NCBI GenBank assembly: GCA_963665115.1
Contig: OY762007.1
Span: forward strand, 576,001-640,000
Length of the DNA: 64,000 nt
Source: an uncultured Rivularia sp.
GTDB taxonomy: Bacteria; Cyanobacteriota; Cyanobacteriia; Cyanobacteriales; Nostocaceae
Direction of reading: 5' to 3'
The notes below the pieces were generated by a model. It did no database searches. It was not told where the DNA came from and saw only the letters and a list, made by a program, of their open reading frames with translations. How positions within the stretch are numbered: the first letter of the stretch is position 1; the number at the start of each line of letters is the position of its first letter. The position numbers and the translations under genes were made by a program. Below, piece by piece: positions 10,692-20,756 of this stretch.

Positions 10692-10896
10692 ATGCCTAAG
10701 AAAATCAGGATTTACTAGTCGCTCAGGAAAAGGCAGTCATACAAACTGGTATCATCCTTTACTGCTAGGAAAAGTAACTTTATCAGGTAAAGACGGTTCT
10801 GATGCCAAAGCTTATCAAGAGAAAGATGTTAATAATGCAATTGCAAAAATAGAAGACATAGGAAACTCTATAGAAACAGAAGAGGAAGAAGAATAA
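10692..10896 (+). pseudogene. hicA: HicA toxin pseudogene (internal deletion causing a frameshift)
   Basis: MPKKIR is followed by a stop within three codons. A shifted frame reads GFTSRSGKGSHTNWYHP...SGKDGSDAKAYQEKDV, carrying the HicA GSH motif, directly upstream of hicB. Confidence 0.75.
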
Positions 10897-10898
10897 TT

Positions 10899-11123
10899 AT
10901 GAATTCTCAATACACGGTAGTTATTCAATGGTCTAACGAAGATAATTGTTACATTGTGAGTCTTCCTGAATGGGGGGAGTTTTGTCACACCCACGGCGAT
11001 ACTTATGAGGAAGCAGTAAAAAATGCTCAAGAGGTGTTAGAAATGCTGATTGAGTCAGCATTAGAAGATGGCGAAACTTTACCAGAGCCTAAAACATGGG
11101 GACAATCATTTAAAGTTGCATAG
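10899..11123 (+). CDS. hicB: HicB family antitoxin
   Basis: YTVVIQWSNEDNCYIVSLPE...THGDTYEEAVKNAQEVLE...LPEP. Confidence 0.88.
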   Translation: MNSQYTVVIQWSNEDNCYIVSLPEWGEFCHTHGDTYEEAVKNAQEVLEMLIESALEDGETLPEPKTWGQSFKVA

Positions 11124-11161
11124 ATTAAAAATAATACAAAATATCAAAAAAATGTAGAGAC

Positions 11162-11271
11162 GTAGCAATGCTACGTCTCCAAAAATTTATGCATCATGCT
11201 GTAAGATAGCTTGACCTGCAAAACCGAATACAGTAGCAATGCTACGTCTCCAAAAATTTATGCATCATGCT
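11162..11271 (+). repeat. 39-bp perfect direct repeat pair with a 32-bp spacer
   Basis: GTAGCAATGCTACGTCTCCAAAAATTTATGCATCATGCT at 11162-11200 and 11233-11271. Confidence 0.85.
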
Positions 11272-11290
11272 AACAATACATACTAATTAC

Positions 11291-13456
11291 GTATCCGCTC
11301 AAAAAAATGGGGTAAAGGTACACCTTGCGTCGTAGAATATGAAGCATGACGCAAAAACGATCATCTAAAAAATTAGTCACAGCATTATTGCAATCAATCG
11401 ACCCAAAACAGATTGCAGACGAGGACGTGCGTCAAACGGTAGAAGTATTACTCAACTTAATAGAACAGCTAAATGTAAAAATCAAAGAATTAGAAGAAGA
11501 AAATCAAAAACTACGTGATGAAAACAACCGCTTAAAAGGTGAACAAGGTAAACCAGACATCAAAGCGAATAAAAACAAAGGGTTTAAGAAAAACTATTCA
11601 TCAGAAAAAGAACGAAAAATAGCAAAAGAACACAGTAAAGCAAGTAAAAACGAGTCTATCAAGATAAACCGAGAAGAGATTGTAGTTTACCCACAAGAAC
11701 AATTACCAGCAGACGCACAGTTCAAGGGTTATGAGGAAGTAGTAGTCCAAGACATTTTACTTAAGCCAGATAACATACTGTTCCGCAAGCAAAAATACTA
11801 CTCACCAGAAACAGGAAAAACTTATTTAGCGGAACTACCAACAGGTTACGAAGGTGAATTTGGTCCAGGAGTAAAAGCTTTGGTCATGAGTCTATATTAT
11901 GGTGGAAACATGACCCAAGGGAAGTTATTAGAATTTTTAGAAGATATTGGTATCTCGATTAGTGCAGGAACAATATCAAATTTATTAATTAAAAACCAAG
12001 AATATTTTGAAGCTGAATACGAAGAAGTATACAAGGAAGGGTTAGCCAGCAGTCCTTGGCAACACTTTGACCAAACAGGTGCGCGTGTTGCAGGAGTGAA
12101 CCATACAACAAATGTGATTTGTAACCCCTTGTACACAATTTACCAAACAACGCGATACAAAGACCGTTTGACTGTATTAAAAGTATTTCAAAACACAACC
12201 GAACTCTCCTTTGTTCTCAACGAGATGACCTATGAACTTTTGGAGACTTTTAAAGTTCCAATTAAGTGGGTTAATAAACTAAAATTACTATCTCAACAGA
12301 AGGCTTTTACCGAAACTGAGTTTAATTTTTTGATTGGTGAGTACTTAAGTAGACTTGGTTCTCAACACCGTTCTCGCATATATGAATCGGCAGCAATTGC
12401 TTTTTATCATCAGCAATCAACTGTACCAGTAATTACAACTCTAGTATGCGATGATGCTCCGCAGTTCAAGTTAATAACATCGGATTTGGCTCTTTGTTGG
12501 GTGCATGAAGGACGACATTATAAGAAATTAAGTCCGCTTATACCTTGCCATCAAAAACTTTTAGATAATTTTCTAGAAAGATTCTGGGAATATTACAGAA
12601 AATTATTATCTTATCGAGATTCTCCAAGTTGGGATAAAGCTCACGAACTAGAAATGGAATTTTGGACACTTTTTACAGAAAAAAGTGGTTATCAACAGTT
12701 AGATGAGCGAAAACGATTAACTACTTTGAAAGTAAACGAGTTGCTTCTCGTGTTGGAGCATCCAGAATTACTATTGCATAACAACCCTGCCGAATTAGCT
12801 GCTAGGACTATGGTACAACGACGTAACATCAGTTACGCAACCCAGACAAAACAAGGCACAAAAGCGTGGGATGTTTTTATGTCCCTTGTTGACACTACTC
12901 GTAAGTTGGGTATCAGTTTTTATGAGTATATGCGTGACCGCATTTCTCAAGTTGAAAATATTCCATCTTTGGGGACAATTATTCGGAAGAAATCTTCTTC
13001 TAATTCCTATGGTTGGTCATGGATGCCTCAATAACACCCCTGTATATTAAGACTGTGCTAAACCCTCATATCCTTGGTTGTAGAATACTGTAAAGTGCAT
13101 GGATTAACCACATCTATTTCTTCATAGTTTTTATAAGCGATTGAAACTTTTTTAGTTACTTTGATAGCATATTTACAATTTACCTTATTTGCAACTTCCG
13201 CTATTAATCAATTTCTTGATTTTGATTATTTTTATTTATTTGTTGCTCTCACGAGAGATCCAGCAACTGGGGAAGATTTGGCGGCGACAGCGGAGTGCCA
13301 GGTGGGGGCACGATTATTTTCTGTGCCTATGTAAAATCTATCTGCCCCTACCTGGTACCGTCAAATCAGCGTAGCGGTTCCCCAGTTGCGCCGCTGCTTT
13401 TTTTTATCGTAGTTGACATTCAAGACAGCCGATACCCCGAAATTTTGAGGGGATAC
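11291..13456 (+). mobile_element. Single-ORF IS66-family insertion sequence (2166 bp)
   Basis: 24-bp imperfect TIRs GTATCCGCTCAAAAAAATGGGGTA / TACCCCGAAATTTTGAGGGGATAC; 8-bp TSD CTAATTAC at 11283-11290 and 13457-13464. Confidence 0.92.
11346..13034 (+). CDS. IS66-family DDE transposase
   Basis: N-terminal coiled coil; HFDQTG, LVCDDAPQF, CWVHEGRH and HNNPAEL motifs; lies inside the TIRs. Confidence 0.88.
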   Translation: MTQKRSSKKLVTALLQSIDPKQIADEDVRQTVEVLLNLIEQLNVKIKELEEENQKLRDENNRLKGEQGKPDIKANKNKGFKKNYSSEKERKIAKEHSKASKNESIKINREEIVVYPQEQLPADAQFKGYEEVVVQDILLKPDNILFRKQKYYSPETGKTYLAELPTGYEGEFGPGVKALVMSLYYGGNMTQGKLLEFLEDIGISISAGTISNLLIKNQEYFEAEYEEVYKEGLASSPWQHFDQTGARVAGVNHTTNVICNPLYTIYQTTRYKDRLTVLKVFQNTTELSFVLNEMTYELLETFKVPIKWVNKLKLLSQQKAFTETEFNFLIGEYLSRLGSQHRSRIYESAAIAFYHQQSTVPVITTLVCDDAPQFKLITSDLALCWVHEGRHYKKLSPLIPCHQKLLDNFLERFWEYYRKLLSYRDSPSWDKAHELEMEFWTLFTEKSGYQQLDERKRLTTLKVNELLLVLEHPELLLHNNPAELAARTMVQRRNISYATQTKQGTKAWDVFMSLVDTTRKLGISFYEYMRDRISQVENIPSLGTIIRKKSSSNSYGWSWMPQ

Positions 13457-13466
13457 CTAATTACCA

Positions 13467-15339
13467 TTACTTCTTCCTCACGGGTGCCAAAACAAATAGC
13501 AGATCGGATTGTTCTCGGTCAACTTTAGAAGAAGTTGTGGCGCTAATACTATAAACCGAACCAATAGCTTGTTTAAAGATATTAAAATATGGATTGTTAG
13601 TATATTGCTGCGGTACAAAACCGTAAACCCATGACAGCAAAGAACCCATATTCATGTAAAAATAACCATTATTTGGGCTGGGAAGAGATAAGGTTGCTGT
13701 ATTAAAGTTATAAGCTTTATCTAAAGCAACATAAGGCTGCGGTACTAAATCTGCAAGCGCTCCATATCCCGTTGTCACAACTAAAGTCTTGTCGTCTACC
13801 CAACTATAAGCAAGCAGGCTTTTCGCGGAATCTCCATCAACATCCCAACTAGTTACAGCTTGATTTTTGATGCTCTTTTGGGCAATTTTAACCTCTCCCT
13901 TGGATACAGATGCAATTAAATCTCCTAACTTATTTAACGTATTCTCAGCAGCAACTCGATTGCTTGTTTCAACAGCTAAACCAATTCCCATATCTAAGCT
14001 GGGATTCATAGCTTGAAAAAATCCGCCTTTGGTGGGATACATAAAAAAGGCAAACTCCCCATCCATCCAGCTAATAATATCGCGATCTAAATCCAGTCCA
14101 GTATTGCTGCGGATAAGTCCACGTAAAGTTGTTAAACCATCTTTAAATTCTTTTTGAGAGCTTAATAATTTAGATATTGCTTGCCATCTTAAATTAAGAT
14201 TTTTCCCGTTAACAGCAGAGTATGTTGCTGCTGGCATTCGGGATAATATATTTTGTGTTTTGATATTAGCAGCAAGATTATTTCTATTGAATTCAGGGGA
14301 AGGATAAGCATTTACTTGAAAGCGGACTCCTTCTTTTTGAATCGTAACAAAAGAACCGATACTTTGATATTGTTTCAGTTGTTCTGAAGATAGAATACTT
14401 TCTAAATCAATAGTAGGTAAACCCAAACTTGGATCTTTAATTAAATCTTTTGCGAAATTAATATAGCCAACCGGATCTTGATACATTGCAAACAGTGGTT
14501 TACCTGTTTGGGGTTGTCTAATTGTTTTCTGAAACTGAGAATTTTGAGCTAAAGTTGCAGCTTTCTGTCTGCTAGTATTAATTACTCTTTCAATTGATTT
14601 ATTTGAATAACCAATTGCCAAATGTCCCGGTAAAATACCTAGAACTAAATTAGTTTGCTTTCTTAAATTAGGTTTTTTTAGACTAGGTTTTCTTAAAATA
14701 TTTGGCTTAATGGCTTTATTTAAAGGAGATTTCGGAACCGGAGGTATTGTATTATCCTGCGAAGGTGTACCTGTTTTAGTTTCTAAAATCGTAATTCCCT
14801 TATATTGTCGCTGGTTCAAACCTCCACCAGCTTTAAGTTTATTTAAAAATCTCTGCAAACCCGCTTCGTCTTTCACCGGAAACCAAAGTAACAAAATTGG
14901 ATTCTACCGTGACTTGAGAAGAACCGAGTTTTGGTAAAAATGCAAAGGCTACTTGTTCCCCTAGCCAAGGTTCAATATCTGTTGCATATCCATTTTTGAT
15001 TTGCGGTGGTATCAAGAAAGAGATTCCATTCCAAGCCGATCGAAACAATTGAAAATTTCCAGCTTTTCTCCAAGTTACTGAAGACGTATCAGCCATTGCT
15101 ACCAATGGTGCATCGCTCGGTAGAAAATTCGCAAACTCAGTATTTGTCGCAGTTGATTGAAATTGATTCTTTAAGCTGCTAGGTGTTACGCTTTGAGCCA
15201 AAGTACTATTTAATACATTTGCTTGAGAAATATTAGATTGTACTTCGATCTTATTTGTAGCATCGACCGCTTGGGCAAAACTTGAGCAGCAAAGCAAATT
15301 TAAAGTAGCTATTGCTCCTACTCTTACTAATGATTTCAT
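13467..15339 (-). CDS. DUF3352-like exported protein, split by a frameshift near 14880
   Basis: Signal peptide and DIEPWLGEQVAFAFLP in ORF 14839-15339 continue into ORF 13467-14894 (DIISWMDGEFA) after removing one T from GTTTCCG. Confidence 0.7.
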
Positions 15340-15468
15340 AGCGCATTCCTCAATACTACACGTCTTTTTTCTAACATAAAAGAAAAATAAATCACTTAGT
15401 AGTATTATGTAATATTTTAGTGAAGCGTCAATGAAGATAAATGCTTAATAGTCAAGGATTTATGAATT

Positions 15469-15676
15469 AGTAATTGGGGATTGGTAATTGGTAATTGGTA
15501 ATTGGTAATTGGTAATTGGGCATTGGGCATTGGGCATTGGGGAAAAATTAATTATCAAATTAACTACTAACTCACTACTCACTACTTACTACTCACTCCT
15601 AACTCCTAACTCCTAACTCACTACTTACTACTCACTCCTAACTCCTAACTCTTTACTCACTACTCACTACTCACTC
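15469..15676. repeat. STRR heptamer tandem arrays
   Basis: (GGTAATT)n, (GGGCATT)n and (ACTCCTA/ACTCACT)n runs. Confidence 0.85.
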
Positions 15677-16651
15677 TTAAACCGTGATGGTAATTCCCAT
15701 TTCAGCCGAGCGTCTTGCAGCATCGGCAACCTTGAGGGCATATAAACTTTCTTCCGGGGTTACATATAAAGGAGTTCCATCAAAAAGATAATCTAAAACC
15801 ATAGCTGTATCTTTAGCAAATAAACCACGACGGCTAGCAATTTCTATGGGTGTTGTTTCTTGTGCATTAATTAAAAATCCTTCCTGAGAATTAAAAATCA
15901 ATCCCCCATTTTCACCATGCACTTCAAATTTTCGTTCCGCTTCCCACATGGTTTCACCTTTAGCGTATACAACTTCAGCTAAAAGTCCGCTGGTAAAATT
16001 AAGTTGAGTTGTGCAAAAACAAGATTGGTAAAACTCTACTTCTGTTTCCCAAAATCGATTGTGACAATTAACAGCCATCACTTCACCAAATAAATTAGTT
16101 AATCGATGCAATCTTGAAATAGCACCCATCAAAGGGAAACCAAACAAATTATGACTGTAAGTCCACTTACGAGGTGCGGGATTTTCGGGCTTAATAGTAC
16201 TGTAGCGCACGTAAAAAACTTTGCCGACTTTATCTAAATGTTGTTTTAAAGCTTGATGCAAACCACCTAAAAGTTCAATATGCTCTACATGAAGCAGTTT
16301 ATTTTTAGACTTCGCCAAATTTATCAATTCTGATGCTTCCACTAAATCCAAACTTAGAGGATATTCGATAACAACGTGTTTATCGGCTTCCAAGGCTGCA
16401 CGCGCTACAGCACCGTGTTCGCTATTAACATTGCTAATTATTACTAACTCAATATCTTCTTGTATCAACTGCTGTGGAGAAGCTAATACCTTACACTGAA
16501 AATCTTTAGCAAAGGCTTCGGTTTTTGAAAGCGTATTTCCTCCCACAACAGCAATTAATTCAGCCCTTCGATCGTTTAAGAGCGTCTGCGCCCTTAATTT
16601 TGCCGCATAACCAGTACCAACTAAGCCTACCCGCACTTTTAAAATCCTCAA
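15677..16651 (-). CDS. bvdR: Biliverdin reductase (Gfo/Idh/MocA family)
   Basis: VGLVGTGYAA, HVVIEYPL, LLHVEHIELLGG and APRKWTY...FGFPL match cyanobacterial BvdR as recalled. Confidence 0.85.
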   Translation of the reverse strand: MRILKVRVGLVGTGYAAKLRAQTLLNDRRAELIAVVGGNTLSKTEAFAKDFQCKVLASPQQLIQEDIELVIISNVNSEHGAVARAALEADKHVVIEYPLSLDLVEASELINLAKSKNKLLHVEHIELLGGLHQALKQHLDKVGKVFYVRYSTIKPENPAPRKWTYSHNLFGFPLMGAISRLHRLTNLFGEVMAVNCHNRFWETEVEFYQSCFCTTQLNFTSGLLAEVVYAKGETMWEAERKFEVHGENGGLIFNSQEGFLINAQETTPIEIASRRGLFAKDTAMVLDYLFDGTPLYVTPEESLYALKVADAARRSAEMGITITV

Positions 16652-16845
16652 CAGCCTAAACCGTCACAGGATTATACATTAATACCAAAAGCTTTTGACA
16701 TCAGTGTTTATCAAGTAAATCTATTAGATATATCATTAATCCTTTAAATCTACCTGATAACTGATTTACAAAACCATAAAAATTGTTCGTGTATATAAAA
16801 ATATTTAATAGGCTTCCCAAAACCAGCCAAAAAGCATAAGTTTAA

Positions 16846-17331
<486 letters not shown>

Positions 17332-17393
17332 AAACAAAGACAACTCTTTTCACAAATCACAGAGTTGACTTTGTAGTTAAGTATTTCTTTAAG

Positions 17394-17442
17394 AGCAGCA
17401 CCGTATCGGGAATTTTCCCCGAGACGCAGTGGCTGCTTTTTT
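17394..17442 (+). terminator. Intrinsic terminator downstream of petF
   Basis: AGCAGC...GCTGCT stem followed by a T-run. Confidence 0.6.
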
Positions 17443-17445
17443 ATT

Positions 17446-17632
17446 TGGGAATTGGGGATTGGGGATTGGGGATTGGTAATGGGTAATTGGGCATTGGGCA
17501 TTGGGCATTGGGCATTGGGAATGGGTAATTAATTGGTAATAGTTAAGAATTATCTACTACCTCTACCCCCTCTCCCCCCTCTCCCCCCCTCTCCCCCCTC
17601 TCCCCTTCTCCCCTTCTCCCCCTCTCCCCATT
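17446..17632. repeat. STRR heptamer arrays and a C-rich microsatellite between convergent genes
   Basis: (GGGGATT)n, (GGGCATT)n and (CTCCCCC/T)n. Confidence 0.85.
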
Positions 17633-17634
17633 CC

Positions 17635-19236
17635 TTATTTCTTCCCAACCTTCACCATATTACTGAGCATCTGAATCTGAGTACCGGGATAATAAAATTT
17701 AAGGATTTCTCCATTTTTCCAACCTAGATTAGCTAGATTCATCGCGCCAATTTGACTCAAACCTACTCCATGCCCCAATCCACCACCAACAAACTCATAC
17801 CCCCAAATTCCAGGTTTTCCTTTATTGAGTGCATTTAGGTAAAACAAGGTGCTTCTGGGTGCAAAGAAAGCGCTGCGAACTTCGTCTTTGTATAGGTGGA
17901 AGGTGCCGATATCTGTTTCAACGGCTAGCTTAAGGATTCTCCCACCTTTACTGCGTTTGACTACTTGAATGTCTTTGACGGTTTTGAATTTAGCAAAGGG
18001 ACTATTTTTAACTTTTAAAAATTTCTGCAATCCCTCAGTAATATTTTCTAAACTGCTCTCTCTACGCCAGCGGAACCATTTTTGCTCGCTTTCGTTAAAT
18101 CCTTTATTCAAGCTCATGAATAAACGAAAATTCTTTTCATCCGCTAAGCTTTGTTGAGATAAATTCCAAAATTCCTTCGGTGTATCTACTACTGGCTTTA
18201 AATAAGGACGATTTTCCCCATTCCAAACGCTGGTGAAAGAAGCAGTGACACCACCTGTTGTTGAAGAATACAGCGCGTCTACCAACGCATCTTTATAAGT
18301 CAGTACCATACCTCTGGTTGCGGCGATCGCCTTATCTGTTTTCTCGGTTGCTCCCTTGAGTCCATAGTAAACTTGGCAGTGAGTATCGGCACATAATTCA
18401 TAATCATCCACCTCAAATCTACGTAAATTTCTTAAGGCATAGGTACGAGCAATAATCGTCTGCGCTTGCATGGCGGCTTCCGGAGCATTCGCACCAATTT
18501 CATAAGGCACTACTCCTCGCAAGTAGGTTTCTAATCCTACATTATTGACCAACGAATACGTACCGTAAGCATTGGGCTGTAATTGCATCCTTCCTGCATA
18601 AATACGCTTAGATTTAGATTCTCCGCTTTTGTTATTTACCCTAATTAAATTTTTATCGCTACTAATTTTTAAATAGTTTCGATTGTAGCGATATCCATTT
18701 ATTACCCAACTTGCTTGGGGTACTCGCCGTAAAACCTTACTATCAACATATGCTGTTTTTTTACCGGAGGCTTTGACGCTTTTCAGTAACAAACGTCGCA
18801 ATAAAGGTGTATTATAAACCTCTCTTTTCGCCCACACCTGCCAGCGTTCGGGTTGAGCAATTTCTACCTTTATCCCCTTCTTACGCCACATTTCGGCGCT
18901 GTCTTCCGCAGTTTCAAAAGTACGAAATGTTCCTAAAACCAATCGTTCGTCAAGAACGGGCTGTGTTAAAGGCTGCATCGCCGTCTGTATTTTTACAGGC
19001 TCGGTAGTCACCAAGGTTTGCGACCTTTTATCCGAATTAAAAGTTAACTTTAATTTATCGCCTTCCGTGGGTTCAAGTATCAACTCATCATCGGGATCTG
19101 ACGCAAATCGCTGCACAATCCCAATTTTAAGTTCAACATCAGAAACCTTCGTGGCAGGAACCGATGCTCCTGTAAGTCCTAATAAACACGAGGTTGTAAG
19201 TATTGTAAAAGATAAACGCTCTAAGGAAATTTTCAT
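17635..19236 (-). CDS. SpoIID/LytB-domain protein (amidase enhancer / lytic transglycosylase)
   Basis: LETYLRGVVPYEI, QAQTIIARTYA, CADTHCQVY and GHGVGLSQIGA. Confidence 0.9.
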   Translation of the reverse strand: MKISLERLSFTILTTSCLLGLTGASVPATKVSDVELKIGIVQRFASDPDDELILEPTEGDKLKLTFNSDKRSQTLVTTEPVKIQTAMQPLTQPVLDERLVLGTFRTFETAEDSAEMWRKKGIKVEIAQPERWQVWAKREVYNTPLLRRLLLKSVKASGKKTAYVDSKVLRRVPQASWVINGYRYNRNYLKISSDKNLIRVNNKSGESKSKRIYAGRMQLQPNAYGTYSLVNNVGLETYLRGVVPYEIGANAPEAAMQAQTIIARTYALRNLRRFEVDDYELCADTHCQVYYGLKGATEKTDKAIAATRGMVLTYKDALVDALYSSTTGGVTASFTSVWNGENRPYLKPVVDTPKEFWNLSQQSLADEKNFRLFMSLNKGFNESEQKWFRWRRESSLENITEGLQKFLKVKNSPFAKFKTVKDIQVVKRSKGGRILKLAVETDIGTFHLYKDEVRSAFFAPRSTLFYLNALNKGKPGIWGYEFVGGGLGHGVGLSQIGAMNLANLGWKNGEILKFYYPGTQIQMLSNMVKVGKK

Positions 19237-19423
19237 AGAAATTCAAAACTAAGGGTGCCCACTCGTGCTACAAACAGTTGCTTAATACTATTAGTGTATA
19301 AAATGCCAGCCGGATACCATCAGAAATTTTTTAACAAATTGCCTAGTTGCAAAATGAAGTCATAACGAGTATGATTTAATCGAGAACATAAAACATTAAT
19401 TATTGGAGGCGGCGATACAGATA

Positions 19424-19684
19424 ATGAAAATTGAAGAAATCCCGCTAAATGAAATAATACGGCCACTTCCCCGTCAAAACGACGCTGATAAAGTAGAAGC
19501 TTTGATGAAGTCCATTGCAGAAATTGGGCAGCAAGAGCCGATAGATTTATTAGAAGTAGATGGGCAGTATTACGGTTTTTCAGGATGTCATAGGTTTGAA
19601 GCTTGTCAGCGTTTGGGTAAATATTCCATAAAAGCCAGGGTACGTAAAGCACCCAGAAGTGTTTTGAAGATGCATTTAGCTTAG
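19424..19684 (+). CDS. srxA: Sulfiredoxin (ParB-like fold)
   Basis: FSGCHR catalytic motif; ends RKAPRSVLKMHLA like cyanobacterial SrxA. Confidence 0.9.
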   Translation: MKIEEIPLNEIIRPLPRQNDADKVEALMKSIAEIGQQEPIDLLEVDGQYYGFSGCHRFEACQRLGKYSIKARVRKAPRSVLKMHLA

Positions 19685-19777
19685 TTAGTAGTTAGTTGAT
19701 GGTTGTTAGTAGTTAGTTGTTATTAAACTTAACCACTAATCACTATCCACTAACCACTATCCACTATCAAATTAACC

Positions 19778-20551
19778 ATGAAAACAACAAATAGATTGCA
19801 GGGAAAATATATCCTAATAACAGGTGCTTCCCAGGGTTTAGGAAAGCAGATGGCAATTGATTTTGCTCGTGCTGGTAGTGCGGGGATTGCTATTTTAGCG
19901 CGTGATGGTAAAGCGTTAGAAAAATTGCGTCAAAGTATTTATGAAATTGCACCGCAAACATTCGTTTTAACCATCAGCGCCGACTTAACAAAACAGGAAG
20001 ATATCGAGCGTGCAGTAGCGATAACATTAAGCACCTTTGGTAAATTAGACGTATTAGTAAATAATGCATCAACCATTGGACTTTCGCCGATGCCATATTT
20101 ACTCGACTATCCTTTAGAAGATTTTCGTAACGTCATCAACACCAACTTAATCGCACCATTCCTATTAATTAAAAAAGCATTACCAGCGATGATTGAAAGT
20201 GGTGGTTCCATCATCAACGTTACCAGCGATGCAGGAGTAAATGGTTATCCCGGTTGGGGTGCTTACGGTATTTCCAAATTTGGTATTGAAGGAATGTCGC
20301 AGACATGGGCTGCGGAGTTAGAAGATAGTGGAGTTCGCGTTAACTGGGTAGATCCAGGGGACATGAACACAGCCATGCACCGAGCAGCAGAGCCAGAAGA
20401 AGATTCCTCACAGTGGGCAAACCCCGCAGATGTGACAGAAGTCTTTCTATATCTAGCTTCCGAAGACTCGCGGCAAGTTAATGGACAGAGATTTCAGGCT
20501 CAGGAAGATAATTGGGGGCAACAAACAAGAGAATTAACGATTGTTAGTTAA
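19778..20551 (+). CDS. Short-chain dehydrogenase/reductase
   Basis: TGASQGLG, NNAS and YGISK catalytic motif. Confidence 0.92.
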   Translation: MKTTNRLQGKYILITGASQGLGKQMAIDFARAGSAGIAILARDGKALEKLRQSIYEIAPQTFVLTISADLTKQEDIERAVAITLSTFGKLDVLVNNASTIGLSPMPYLLDYPLEDFRNVINTNLIAPFLLIKKALPAMIESGGSIINVTSDAGVNGYPGWGAYGISKFGIEGMSQTWAAELEDSGVRVNWVDPGDMNTAMHRAAEPEEDSSQWANPADVTEVFLYLASEDSRQVNGQRFQAQEDNWGQQTRELTIVS

Positions 20552-20558
20552 CTAATAA

Positions 20559-20725
20559 TGTAGAGACGTTATATATAACGTCTCCCAGAGATTTCTAAAA
20601 AAACGAAAGATTTATCATGCGGTTCATCAAAATGAATCATACAAATTAATAGGCGATGGTATTAATTTTGGCTGGTTCATTTTCCTAGAAACAGCTAGGA
20701 GACGTAGCACTGCTACGTCTCTACA
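20559..20725. repeat. Inverted pair of REP-like palindromes (TGTAGAGACG...CGTCTCC)
   Basis: Copies at 20559-20585 (+) and 20698-20725 (-). The family also occurs at 1700, 6076, 11153, 21815, 24707, 38556 and ~50207. Confidence 0.8.
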
Positions 20726-20756
20726 TCACATAACACGATTAAAAAATAATTGAGAT

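Noticed and set aside
11162..11271. CRISPR array
   Set aside because: Only two repeats, derived from a REP plus local flank, and no cas genes in the window; kept only as an odd duplication
17533..17727. Proline-rich 64-aa ORF
   Set aside because: Translation of a C-rich microsatellite overlapping the SpoIID gene antisense
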